The position numbers were made by a program, and so were the translations under genes. Under the pieces are notes generated by a model, which saw only the letters and a program-made list of their open reading frames with translations, was not told the origin of the DNA and searched no databases. This document shows positions 1 through 9,587 of a stretch of 64,000 nt of DNA, one piece after another. Positions within the stretch are counted from its first letter, which is position 1. Each line of letters begins with the position of its first letter. Source of the stretch: an uncultured Verrucomicrobiae bacterium (GTDB lineage Bacteria > Chlamydiota > Chlamydiia > Chlamydiales > Rhabdochlamydiaceae); the NCBI GenBank assembly GCA_963806855.1, contig CAWDYW010000001.1, positions 576,001 through 640,000 on the forward strand. The letters run 5' to 3'.

Positions 1-257
1 TAGAAAATTCTCATGCGATCATCGACCTCCTCCTAGAGCGTGGGGCCGATATCAATTTAAAATCAGACGATGGGTATACTTTCCTCATTAAAGCGATCCG
101 TTCAGGTCCAATTGAGACGGTCATCCATCTGATTGAATCTGGAGCAGATCTTTACCTGAGAGATAATCAAGGGAATTTGCCAATCGCCCACGCAAAAGCG
201 TGTGGTTTCATTAAGCCTTATTTGGAGCAGGCGATGCACTTGCCGGTTAGGAAATAG
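1..257 (+). CDS. Ankyrin-repeat protein, C-terminal part (runs off window start)
   Basis: Frame from base 3 reads ...IIDLLLERGADINLKSDDGYTFLIKAIRSGPIETVIHLIESGADLYLRDNQGNLPIAHA..., ankyrin consensus; TAG at 255-257. Confidence 0.85.
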   Translation, partial: ENSHAIIDLLLERGADINLKSDDGYTFLIKAIRSGPIETVIHLIESGADLYLRDNQGNLPIAHAKACGFIKPYLEQAMHLPVRK

Positions 258-258
258 C

Positions 259-849
259 ATGTGGGTCATTACTGAAAGATCGAACGAAAATCCTCAAAAT
301 TGTTGGATTTCGGCCATTTTTAAGAATCAAAGTGATGTGGAAGATTATTCTCATAACTTGCAATCCGTTGTCTCTCAAGAAATACGAGAAATCCCTGCCA
401 AAGACTATCCTATTATAATTGTTGAGGACCTAATTAATTCTGATTATTTTTATATAACACCCGGAGAACTGGCTGAAAAAATATTTAGTTTTGAAAGAAA
501 AGATGACGATCATCAATACTGCATCTATTTTATTTTTCGGGAGGATTATCGAAATACCGATGAACTAGGTTTAATTCAACATAAGCATGTTGATAATGAT
601 CACATAAAGGGTTTAATTTGGAGAGCTTTGGAAGACGAAGTTAGAGGGCAATTAAACGGTATTTTCCAATGTGATAATTGCCGTGAATGTGCCCCTGGTA
701 TTTTGACTGAAAGAGGCTATGAGCCCCCACCGGGATGGCGAATCATACCCAGTTCCACTTGGGATTCTTATTTTTCAGAAGCGCAGATGCCGGAAAAATT
801 CATTGGCGCTTATCTAACGGTATGTTCAGAAGCTTGTATAACACCATAA
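259..849 (+). CDS. Hypothetical protein with C-terminal Cys cluster (CDNC...CSEAC, possible Zn site)
   Basis: ORF 202..849; ATG at 259 directly follows the ankyrin stop. Confidence 0.6.
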   Translation: MWVITERSNENPQNCWISAIFKNQSDVEDYSHNLQSVVSQEIREIPAKDYPIIIVEDLINSDYFYITPGELAEKIFSFERKDDDHQYCIYFIFREDYRNTDELGLIQHKHVDNDHIKGLIWRALEDEVRGQLNGIFQCDNCRECAPGILTERGYEPPPGWRIIPSSTWDSYFSEAQMPEKFIGAYLTVCSEACITP

Positions 850-891
850 GCCTTTTTTGGAGCAGGCAATGAATTTAACAGAGATTTCTAC

Positions 892-1521
892 ATGATCAAT
901 GAGAGACAGTTTTTTATGTTATCCGCTAGGTCTGTAGAGATTAATGGTGGACCATCTTGTGGAACTAAATACTCACTTGAGAAAGCCTGCAAGTTTTGTG
1001 GCTCTGGCGCAAGCCCTATCGGAAATAGAATTGTCGAGGGGATACCTCCCAAATCTGGGAGAATTTTTTTTACAGATGATCATGAACTAATAGTGGATGA
1101 CAGATTGGGCTATGCCTTACAGGATATCGGAATACACACTCTAGTTCAAGTTGTCGATATGCAATCAAACGTTCTGCCATTTAAAGAATTGCGTCCAGAG
1201 GCAACTTTGCCTCCATTTTCAAAATTAACCAAGGGATATGAATTAGAAGATCAATGCAAGCACTGCATGAGGGATGGATTTTTTAATATTCCTAGAGTGG
1301 AGCTTAAGCTTGTATACGAAAACATAGACCCATCTTTTTTTAAGTACAATGTCTTAACCACCAATGAGCTTTTTGGAACCTCTTGTATAAGAGAGCCTTT
1401 TTCGGAAAGTATATTTGCCAAGCCAATATTAATTGTTAGCGATAAAGTTGTTGAGCTTCTAAAGTCAGAGACAATAAGAACAGATTCATTTGATCCAATT
1501 AAAATATTAACCAATGTGTAA
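892..1521 (+). CDS. Hypothetical double-CxxC protein, possibly immunity-protein-like
   Basis: CKFCG and CKHC motifs; C-terminal IVSDKVVELL resembles double-CXXCG/Imm-type proteins; family not certain. Confidence 0.55.
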   Translation: MINERQFFMLSARSVEINGGPSCGTKYSLEKACKFCGSGASPIGNRIVEGIPPKSGRIFFTDDHELIVDDRLGYALQDIGIHTLVQVVDMQSNVLPFKELRPEATLPPFSKLTKGYELEDQCKHCMRDGFFNIPRVELKLVYENIDPSFFKYNVLTTNELFGTSCIREPFSESIFAKPILIVSDKVVELLKSETIRTDSFDPIKILTNV

Positions 1522-2278
1522 TATGCAAAGCATTATTCAAGAAAAAATCAATGAACTAGAACAGGCTCATGCAATCCGCATCTTATTCGCATGCGAATCG
1601 GGGAGCAGGGCTTGGGGCTTCCCTTCGCCAGATAGCGATTACGATGTAAGGTTTATCTACGTCCACCAAAAAGAGTGGTACATCTCTGTTCATGAAAAAA
1701 GGGATGTGGTTGAGCTGATGGTCAACAAAGAGTTAGATATTAATGGCTGGGATCTAAGAAAGGCCCTTAGACTGCTTAGCAAGCACAATGCTGTTCTTTT
1801 AGAATGGGCTCAGTCTCCTATTGTCTACCGAGAGACGACAGGGTTTTTAAAAGGCTTTAACGAAATTGCCCCCACTTGTTTTTCTCCGATTAGCGTCCTC
1901 CATCATTATTTGAGCAGCGCCAAGAAACACTATGATGAGTGTTACAACGCAGACACAATCAAGCTGAAGAAATTTTTCTATTGTCTCCGCACCACATTGG
2001 CTGGGATGTGGATCGTAGCCCACAAGACGATCCCGCCTATTGAGTTGAGTAAGCTTCTCCCTGTCATGGGTGAAAAACAAGAGCTGGTTAACAAAATTCA
2101 AGCCCTCGTTAAGCTGAAAGCTACTAAGGATGAATCCTATGTCCATCCCCGCGATGCCGAACTTGAAGAGTTCCTCAAAGAGGGGATTGCCCTGTGTGAA
2201 AAGGCTGCCCCTTCGCTCCCTTCGTCTTCTCCGGATGGCGAAGCCCTTAATGCTTTCCTCAGAAAAATGATCTGGTAA
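1514..2278 (+). CDS. Pol-beta superfamily nucleotidyltransferase (YcgL/RlaP-like)
   Basis: ESGSRAWGFPSPDSDYDVRFIY and GWDLRKALRLL motifs; start may be ATG 1523. Confidence 0.9.
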   Translation: MCNMQSIIQEKINELEQAHAIRILFACESGSRAWGFPSPDSDYDVRFIYVHQKEWYISVHEKRDVVELMVNKELDINGWDLRKALRLLSKHNAVLLEWAQSPIVYRETTGFLKGFNEIAPTCFSPISVLHHYLSSAKKHYDECYNADTIKLKKFFYCLRTTLAGMWIVAHKTIPPIELSKLLPVMGEKQELVNKIQALVKLKATKDESYVHPRDAELEEFLKEGIALCEKAAPSLPSSSPDGEALNAFLRKMIW

Positions 2279-2336
2279 AAAAATAAAAATTGTGAGATTC
2301 TATCCTAAAAGTTAAAAAATCGGTATAGAGGAGTAA

Positions 2337-3398
2337 TTGATCGTGAGTGAAATATTCAAATTAATAGAAAATAAAAGCCTGACAAGCGATAGGCTCGCTA
2401 ATCTAATAGAAGAAGGTGAAGATATTAACACCACAAATGAGGAAGGATTCTCGCCCCTCATATTGGCTTGTAGAGCTGGGGATATCGATCTCGCCCGCAT
2501 CTTGCTCAATAATCTTGCTGATGTTGATAATCGCAATCAAAATGATGAAGAGGATGTTTATAGAGAACGGCCATTAACAATAGCTATTGAGATGGGCAAT
2601 ATCGAAATGGTGAAGCTTCTGATAGAGTATGGTGCCGATTTATATCTTATGAATGAAGATGAATGCACCCCACTCATGCTAGCCTATCGCGCACATGACA
2701 TACAATTGCTCTCCCTATTATTGAAATATAAAGCCAAGTTTAATGCAAACTGCAGAGAATGTATTAAAAAATATCCCGATCGTTATGAAGATCATTATAA
2801 AAATTGGTTTTTATCTGAGGAAGAATTCTTAGATAATCACACAGCGGCTGATATTTGTTCTATTATCAAAAAAAATCGGCTTTTGGATGAAGAACTCAAA
2901 AGTCATCAAAGAGTATTGACATTATTAGATTCAGTAAAATTCATTGATTTTGCAGTAGATTTATCAGGGGGTAATGCTGAAGACAAAATTGAGATCATGA
3001 CTCTCGAGATAGGAGATAGAGAAAAAATCAGACTTGATTATCTCTATATGTACAACTGGAGTTATGGTGAGACTCACTTAATACTGAAATCAACCGACAT
3101 GAATGGAGAGTTGGATCTATTTAAGGCTAATGAAGATTATCAAGAGATTTCATTACAAAGCCTGAAGCACTTATGCGACTTAGCTAATGCTCTTGAGTTA
3201 AATGACCTCACATTCAAAGCCTTTATAAAATTTATTATCTTAATAGTCAGTCGTATGGTTCAAAAGGAGTATCTACCATTGGAGGAACACGGCCTATACA
3301 TTCGCATAAATCCAGATGAAGCAATAGAGCCTGATGAACAACTGTCAGCTCATTTTTCTCATACACCGATTTGTGAACTGCATTTCGATGGACATTAA
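2337..3398 (+). CDS. Ankyrin-repeat protein with unknown C-terminal domain
   Basis: GFSPLILAC, PLTIAIEMGN and TPLMLAY ankyrin repeats in the N-terminal third. Confidence 0.8.
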   Translation: MIVSEIFKLIENKSLTSDRLANLIEEGEDINTTNEEGFSPLILACRAGDIDLARILLNNLADVDNRNQNDEEDVYRERPLTIAIEMGNIEMVKLLIEYGADLYLMNEDECTPLMLAYRAHDIQLLSLLLKYKAKFNANCRECIKKYPDRYEDHYKNWFLSEEEFLDNHTAADICSIIKKNRLLDEELKSHQRVLTLLDSVKFIDFAVDLSGGNAEDKIEIMTLEIGDREKIRLDYLYMYNWSYGETHLILKSTDMNGELDLFKANEDYQEISLQSLKHLCDLANALELNDLTFKAFIKFIILIVSRMVQKEYLPLEEHGLYIRINPDEAIEPDEQLSAHFSHTPICELHFDGH

Positions 3399-4446
3399 GG
3401 AACTCAAAGAGAGCAATTGCATCATTTTTGAATGCATAGGGGGCAGCAGAGCCTATGGTTTGGTCACAGAAACATCTGATGTGGACATAAGGGGTGTTTA
3501 CATTCTGCCAATGGATCAATTCTATTCCTTTGAATACCAGGACCAGATTAGTGATGAGCGGAATAATGTGATCTATTATGAGCTTAGGAAGTTTCTGGAT
3601 TTGCTGACAAAGAATAATCCCAACATGCTCGAGATGCTCAATATCCCTGCCGATTGCATTCTCCATAGAGATCCTCTATTCGATAGAATAAAGGCCGAAG
3701 ATTTTGTTTCTCAGCTTTGCAAAGATACCTTTGCTGGGTATGCCATGGCCCAGATCAAAAAAGCGCGCGGGCTAAATAAGAAGATATTGAATCCCATGGA
3801 CAAGAAACGGAAATCCATCCTTGATTTCTGTTACGTGCTCCATGAGCAAAGCTCTATTCCGCTGCTCGACTTCTTAAAACATGAAAAGCTCTCCCCAGAG
3901 AAGCTGGGTCTCGTGGTGATTCCCCATATGAGGGACATGTACAAGGTCTTTTATAGCGATGCAGGAATCTACAACGGCATCGTTAAGAATGAGAGCTCCC
4001 TGGAAGTGACTTTAAGTTCAGTGTCAAAGGGAGAAAAGGCGATTGCGACCCTATCATTTAATAAGGATGGCTATACCCAATACTGCAAGGACTACAAAGA
4101 GTACTGGCATTGGGTTGAAAATCGCAATGAGCATCGGTTTCAGAGCACTGCCGAACATGGGAAAAATTACGATGCTAAGAACATGATGCATGTCTTTCGC
4201 CTTTTAGCGATGGCCGAAGAGATCGGTCGTACAGGTAACATTCTCGTTAGGCAGCCCGATTGCAAGCAACTTTTAAGGATAAGAAATGGTGACTTCCTTT
4301 ATGAGGAACTACTAGAAAAAGCCAATGAAAAGCTGAAGGAAATCGAAGGGATTTTTCTTGACTCTCCACTACCTGAAAAGCCAGACCTATTTTTTATCAA
4401 TGGATTGCTGGTTGAAATGCGAAAAGCCTTTTATAACAAGTTCTGA
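3388..4446 (+). CDS. Pol-beta superfamily nucleotidyltransferase (RlaP-like, long form)
   Basis: GGSRAYGLVTETSDVDIRGVY, NNPNMLEML and YDAKNMMHVFRLL motifs; ATG 3388 overlaps the upstream stop. Confidence 0.9.
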   Translation: MDIKELKESNCIIFECIGGSRAYGLVTETSDVDIRGVYILPMDQFYSFEYQDQISDERNNVIYYELRKFLDLLTKNNPNMLEMLNIPADCILHRDPLFDRIKAEDFVSQLCKDTFAGYAMAQIKKARGLNKKILNPMDKKRKSILDFCYVLHEQSSIPLLDFLKHEKLSPEKLGLVVIPHMRDMYKVFYSDAGIYNGIVKNESSLEVTLSSVSKGEKAIATLSFNKDGYTQYCKDYKEYWHWVENRNEHRFQSTAEHGKNYDAKNMMHVFRLLAMAEEIGRTGNILVRQPDCKQLLRIRNGDFLYEELLEKANEKLKEIEGIFLDSPLPEKPDLFFINGLLVEMRKAFYNKF

Positions 4447-4581
4447 AGAGGTTCTCTGATCTACGCGACTGGCAACAATATACCCCCCTAAGCCTGCTGA
4501 AGAGTCGAGATAAAAAAGCTTCTTTTCCCCAGAGTCAATGTGTTCTAAATATTCTTTAGGAACATTAAAAATCGGTTTTAT
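4346..4581. repeat. Left copy of ~236-bp direct repeat (other copy 8939-9174)
   Basis: Aligned by eye, roughly 90% identical; contains the nucleotidyltransferase 3' end and a truncated 3' part of the 8980..9387 gene. Confidence 0.9.
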
Positions 4582-4714
4582 TCGACCTTCTCTACTCCAT
4601 CAAGATCCATAAGTATACCCAAACAACTTGAAAAATTGGGAATTTTCTCTAGAAGTAAAATATTGAATTGCCTATCTTATGAAGGAAGTATGGCCCCTTT
4701 AAGGAGAATGGATT

Positions 4715-5992
4715 GTGAAAAAACAGCATAGCATTCGTAAGTTCTGCGCAGATCTGCTGCGAGTCGTCTTGTGTGGCGCTTGCCCCTTATTTCTTTTGCT
4801 ACTAATAGCTCCCACCTCATCCTTCGCTGCGACCAATGCCTATGTGGCGAATGGTGGCAGCGACAACGTCTCGGTGATCGATACGTCCACCAACACAGTC
4901 ACCGCCACAATCACGGTAGGCATTGAGCCCCAAGGAGTTGCAGTTAGCCCGGATGGCACGACAGCCTATGTGACGAATCATATCAGCGGCACCGTCTCAG
5001 TGATCGATGCGGCCACCGACACAGTCACCGCCACAATCACGGTAGGCGCTGACCCCAATGGAGTTGCAGTTAGCCCGGATGGCGCGACAGCCTATGTGGC
5101 GAATGGTGGCAGCGACAACGTTTCAGTGATCGATACGACCACCAACACAGTCACCGCCACAATCACGGTAGGCACTGCCCCCATAGGAGTTGCAATTACC
5201 CCGGATGGCACGAAAGCCTATGTGGCGAATAATGGCAGCAACGTCTCAGTGATCGATACGGCCACCAATACGGTCACCGACACAATCACGATAATCAGTA
5301 ATCTCTCTGCGATTGCAGTTAGCCCGAATGGCATGACAGCCTATGTGGTGAATGAAAGCAGCGACGCCGTCACAGTGATCGATACGGCCACGAACACAGT
5401 CACCGCCACAATCCCGGTAGGCACTGCCCCCGTAGGAGTTGCATTTAGCCCGGATGGCACGACAGCCTATGTGACGAATGCTGGCAGTTTCAACGTCTCA
5501 GTGATCAATACGGCCACCAACACAGTCACCGCCACAATCACGGTAGGCACTCAACCCATAGGAGTTGCAGTTAGCCCGGATGGCACGACAGCCTATGTGA
5601 CGAATGAAACCAGCGGCATCGTCTCAGTGATCAATACGGCCACCAACACAGTCACCGCCGAAATCACGGTAGGCCTTGATCCCTTTGGGATTGCGATTGC
5701 GCCGCCGGTACTCCCACCAGGAAATCTCCAAGTAGTGCAAAAGCGCAACGACGTGATTTGGGAATACGAACTGTTTAATATTTTGAGATGGAATGCGAGC
5801 CCATCCCCAGTAGCCAGCTACATAGTTTTTGCAAATGGAGCACAAATTGCGACAGTGACCGCCGTCCCCAACCGAACTAGTTATAGGGTTGAGGTTAACA
5901 ATGTACCGAAAGGCCAGACTATCTATACTGTCGTTGCTGTTAACTCGATGGGCAATCAAAGCGTACCCATTAGCATAACCATAACCAATTAA
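4715..5992 (+). CDS. YVTN/YncE-family 7-bladed beta-propeller protein with signal peptide and C-terminal FN3-like domain (copy 1)
   Basis: Seven ~42-aa repeats AYVxN...[25 protein letters not shown]; hydrophobic N-terminus ending SFA; GTG start with AAGGAG RBS. Confidence 0.92.
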   Translation: MKKQHSIRKFCADLLRVVLCGACPLFLLLLIAPTSSFAATNAYVANGGSDNVSVIDTSTNTVTATITVGIEPQGVAVSPDGTTAYVTNHISGTVSVIDAATDTVTATITVGADPNGVAVSPDGATAYVANGGSDNVSVIDTTTNTVTATITVGTAPIGVAITPDGTKAYVANNGSNVSVIDTATNTVTDTITIISNLSAIAVSPNGMTAYVVNESSDAVTVIDTATNTVTATIPVGTAPVGVAFSPDGTTAYVTNAGSFNVSVINTATNTVTATITVGTQPIGVAVSPDGTTAYVTNETSGIVSVINTATNTVTAEITVGLDPFGIAIAPPVLPPGNLQVVQKRNDVIWEYELFNILRWNASPSPVASYIVFANGAQIATVTAVPNRTSYRVEVNNVPKGQTIYTVVAVNSMGNQSVPISITITN

Positions 5993-6005
5993 ATGAGGAT
6001 GACCC

Positions 6006-6734
6006 ATGATTTTTAAGAAAAAGCGCACTGCATTTAATACCTTGCTCGGCCTGATGTTAACAACTTGTATGGCGGAAGGGATATGCGATGATCGTTCTGA
6101 ATACCAAGACGGCAACAGCATGCAGCCTATCGATAATAGTTATGAGTACAAAGGCGACTGCTGCACACAGTCTATTGATAATTGTTGTGAGTACCAAGAC
6201 GATTGTTGCATACAGCCGATCGTTGAGGTAAAAGTGGGCTATTTCTTCTTTGCAAGCCATAGAATGCGCAAAGTCTATGATAAGGGAGGAATAGATGTGC
6301 AGCTCAGCGCAACCTATCCAATATGGAACTGGCTACAGCTGTACGGCAGCGTAGAATATCTACAAAAACATGGGAGGTCGCTGGGTGGCCACCAAAAGAC
6401 CCGGATATGGGCAGTGCCGCTGAGTTTGGGACTACAGCCCGTGATCACAATCTGCTCCTCAGTGAACTATTATTTTACCGTGGGACCGCGGTATATCTTT
6501 GTCCATGCACATAATGACTCATCATTTCTCGACAGAAACAAAAGTCGGAATGGATGTGGCGGGTTTATCAATACTGGCTTTCATTTTTTCCCCTGGTGCA
6601 ATCTGGTGATAGATGTATATGGCGAGTACTCGTACAAACGGATGCACTTTCACACTTCGAAAAGGAATGTATTTACAAGAGAAGTGCAAGTGGGTGGATT
6701 TGCATTTGGCGCAGGCCTCGGGTATGCCTTTTAA
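6006..6734 (+). CDS. Cys-rich outer-membrane beta-barrel protein (copy 1)
   Basis: Signal-like N-terminus, Cys-rich linker, amphipathic strands, C-terminal GLGYAF BAM-type motif. Confidence 0.75.
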   Translation: MIFKKKRTAFNTLLGLMLTTCMAEGICDDRSEYQDGNSMQPIDNSYEYKGDCCTQSIDNCCEYQDDCCIQPIVEVKVGYFFFASHRMRKVYDKGGIDVQLSATYPIWNWLQLYGSVEYLQKHGRSLGGHQKTRIWAVPLSLGLQPVITICSSVNYYFTVGPRYIFVHAHNDSSFLDRNKSRNGCGGFINTGFHFFPWCNLVIDVYGEYSYKRMHFHTSKRNVFTREVQVGGFAFGAGLGYAF

Positions 6735-6748
6735 AGGGCCACGATGAA

Positions 6749-6824
6749 GTGAGTAGACCGGAGGAATTTCACCTCTAGCCGCTCTCAGAACGGTGCGGGA
6801 ACCTCTCAGCTCACACCGCTCCCA
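6749..6824 (-). mobile_element. Group II intron 3' remnant (domains V and VI only)
   Basis: Minus strand: GAGCGGTGTGAGCTGAGAGGTTCCCGCACCGTTC (34-nt DV, AGC triad, GAGA loop), then a DVI hairpin ending CTACTCAC. Confidence 0.85.
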
Positions 6825-6908
6825 TCAAGTGTGAATTTTCTCTAGAAGTAAAATATTGACTTGTTTATAGTTATAAAGAAAAGTATGGCCCCTTAAGGAG
6901 GATGGATT

Positions 6909-8198
6909 GTGAAAAAACAGCATAGCATTCGTAAGTTCTGCGCAGATCTGCTGCGAGTCGTTTTGTGCGGCGCTTGCCCCTTATTTCTTTTGCTACTAAT
7001 AGCTCCCACCTCATCCTTTGCTGCGACCAATGCCTATGTGGCGAATAGTGTCGACAACAACGTCTCAGTGATCGATACGACCACCAACACAGTCATTGCC
7101 ACAATCACGGTAGGCGCTAGCCCCCATGGAGCTGCAGTTAGCCCGAATGGCATGACAGCCTATGTGACGAATTCTGGCAGCAACAATGTCTCAGTGATCG
7201 ATGCGGCCACCAACATGGTCACCGCCACAATCCCGGTAGGCCTTGATCCCCAAGGAGTTGTAGTTAGCCCGAATGGCGCGACAGCCTATGTGGTGAATGG
7301 TAACAGCAACTCCGTCTCAGTGATCGATACGACCACCAACACAGTCACTCACACAATCACGGGAGGCGGTGATCCCATTGGAGTTGCAGTTAACCCGGAT
7401 GGCATGACAGTTTATCTAACGAATGAAAGCGGCCACTCCGTCTCAGTGATCGATACGACCACCAATATGGTCACCGCCACAATCATGGTAGGCACTAATC
7501 CTTTTGGAATTGCAGTTATCCCGGATGGCACGACAGCTTATGTGGCGAACGAAATCGACGGCACCGTCTCAGTGATCCATACGGCCACCAATATGGTCAC
7601 CGCCACAATCCCGGTAGGCCTTGATCCCCAAGGAGTTGCAGTTAGCCCGGATGGCATGACTGCCTATGTGGTGAATGATGGCAGCGGCACCGTCTCAGTG
7701 ATCGATACGACCACCAATATGGTCACCGCCACAATCACGGTAGGCAGTGGTCCCGTAGGAGTTGCAGTTAGCCTGGATGGCACGACAGCCTATGTGACGA
7801 ACGAAAACGACAACACCGTCTCAGTGATCAATACGGCCACCAATATGGTCACCGCCACGATCACGGTAGGCTCTCATCCCGTTGGGATTGCGACTACGCC
7901 GCCACCTCCTCCTCCCTCACCACCAGAAAATCTCCAAGTAGTGGAAAAGCGCAACGACGTGATCTGGGAATATGAGCTGTTTAATATTTTGACATGGAAC
8001 GCGAGCCCATCCCCAGTAGCCAGCTACATAGTTTTTGCAAATGGAGAACAAATTGCAACAGAGCCCGCCGTCCCCAATCAATCTAGTTATAAGGTTGAGT
8101 TTAACAATGTTCCGAAAGGCCAGACCATCTATTCTGTCGTTGCTGTTAACTCGATGGGCATTCAAAGCTTACCCATTAGCATAACCATAAACAATTAA
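6909..8198 (+). CDS. YVTN/YncE-family beta-propeller protein (copy 2)
   Basis: Same architecture and identical leader to 4715..5992. Confidence 0.92.
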   Translation: MKKQHSIRKFCADLLRVVLCGACPLFLLLLIAPTSSFAATNAYVANSVDNNVSVIDTTTNTVIATITVGASPHGAAVSPNGMTAYVTNSGSNNVSVIDAATNMVTATIPVGLDPQGVVVSPNGATAYVVNGNSNSVSVIDTTTNTVTHTITGGGDPIGVAVNPDGMTVYLTNESGHSVSVIDTTTNMVTATIMVGTNPFGIAVIPDGTTAYVANEIDGTVSVIHTATNMVTATIPVGLDPQGVAVSPDGMTAYVVNDGSGTVSVIDTTTNMVTATITVGSGPVGVAVSLDGTTAYVTNENDNTVSVINTATNMVTATITVGSHPVGIATTPPPPPPSPPENLQVVEKRNDVIWEYELFNILTWNASPSPVASYIVFANGEQIATEPAVPNQSSYKVEFNNVPKGQTIYSVVAVNSMGIQSLPISITINN

Positions 8199-8211
8199 AT
8201 GAGGATGACCC

Positions 8212-8940
8212 ATGATTTTTAAGAAAAAGCGCACTGCATTTAATACCTTGCTTGGCCTGATGTTAACAACTTGTATGGCGGAAGGGATATGCGATGATCG
8301 TTCTGAATACCAAGACGGCAACAGCATGCAGCCTATCGATAATAGTTATGAGTACAAAGGCGACTGCTGCACACAGTCTATTGATAATTGCTGTGAGTAC
8401 CAAGACGATTGTTGCATACAGCCGATCGTTGAGGTAAAAGTGGGCTATTTCTTCTTTGCAAGCCATAGAATGCGCAAAGTCTATGATAAGGGAGGAATAG
8501 ATGTGCAGCTCAGCGCAACCTATCCAATATGGAACTGGCTACAGCTGTACGGCAGCGTAGAATATCTACAAAAACATGGGAGGTCGCTGGGTGGCCACCA
8601 AAAGACCCGGATATGGGCAGTACCGCTGAGTTTGGGACTACAGCCCGTGATCACAATCTGTTCCTCAGTGAACTATTATTTTACCGTGGGACCGCGGTAT
8701 ATCTTTGTCCATGCACATAATGACTCATCATTTCTCGACAGAAACAAAAGTCGGAATGGATGTGGCGGGTTTATCAATACCGGCTTTCATTTTTTCCCCT
8801 GGTGCAATCTGGTGATAGATGTATATGGCGAGTACTCGTACAAACGGATGCACTTTCACACTTCGAAAAGGAATGTATTTACAAGAGAAGTGCAAGTGGG
8901 GGGATTTGCATTTGGCGCAGGCCTCGGGTATGCCTTTTAA
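8212..8940 (+). CDS. Cys-rich outer-membrane beta-barrel protein (copy 2)
   Basis: Translation identical to 6006..6734. Confidence 0.75.
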   Translation: MIFKKKRTAFNTLLGLMLTTCMAEGICDDRSEYQDGNSMQPIDNSYEYKGDCCTQSIDNCCEYQDDCCIQPIVEVKVGYFFFASHRMRKVYDKGGIDVQLSATYPIWNWLQLYGSVEYLQKHGRSLGGHQKTRIWAVPLSLGLQPVITICSSVNYYFTVGPRYIFVHAHNDSSFLDRNKSRNGCGGFINTGFHFFPWCNLVIDVYGEYSYKRMHFHTSKRNVFTREVQVGGFAFGAGLGYAF

Positions 8941-9174
8941 GGGATTTTTCTCGACTCTCCACTACCAGAAAAGCCAGATCTATTTTTTATCAATGGATTG
9001 ATGGTTGAAATGCGAAAAGCTTTTTATGACAAGCTCTGAAGAGGTTTTCTGAGCAACACCACTGGCAACAATATACCCGCCTAAGCCTGCTGAAGGGTCG
9101 AGATAAAAAAGCTTCTTTTCTCCAGAATCAATCTGTTCCAAATATTCTTTAGGAACATTAAAATCGGTTTTTAT
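8939..9174. repeat. Right copy of ~236-bp direct repeat
   Basis: Matches 4346-4581. Confidence 0.9.
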
Positions 9175-9387
9175 CCAATCTGGGAGGCTTTTTTTATCAA
9201 ATTCATGGAAGTCAAATAGGCTATTTTGCTCATTAAATGGGCTTAAGTCCCATCCTGCTACCAAACTAAACTCCAATAAAACTTTATTGCCAGTTTCTGA
9301 TTCCGTTTGTATAAATAGATTGTCTTGATCCCGGTCATGTAAAAGACCAATCACATAAAAATCATGAAAAGAGATATTTTTATCCAT
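8980..9387 (-). CDS. Hypothetical protein (135 aa)
   Basis: Open frame; many differences from the duplicate fragment at 4446-4581 are synonymous in this frame. Confidence 0.7.
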   Translation of the reverse strand: MDKNISFHDFYVIGLLHDRDQDNLFIQTESETGNKVLLEFSLVAGWDLSPFNEQNSLFDFHEFDKKSLPDWIKTDFNVPKEYLEQIDSGEKKLFYLDPSAGLGGYIVASGVAQKTSSELVIKSFSHFNHQSIDKK

Positions 9388-9479
9388 ATACTCAAAAGTT
9401 CCCCATTTCTGTGCAAGTCTCAGAAAGACTCATATGGCACGACAATGTGTAAAACGGTAGCATCTTAGCCCATACAAAA

Positions 9480-9587
9480 GTTGATTTCAAACATAAGGAT
9501 AGGAAAAACAAGCGAGTTTGAGCTCTTCCCTCTAGGGGGAAGGCTCAACTAGCTTTTTCGAATTCTATCTTTTGTTCAAAATTAACC
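9480..9587. repeat. ~108-bp imperfect palindromic element (partial second copy 17247-17290)
   Basis: Nested stems around TTCCC-TCTA-GGGGGAA; AAGGATAGGAAAAACAAGCGA..TT.AGCTCTTCCC recurs at 17247. Confidence 0.65.

Noticed and set aside
4715..8198. Diversity-generating retroelement acting on the propeller paralogs
   Set aside because: No reverse transcriptase is in the window and differences between copies are not adenine-specific.
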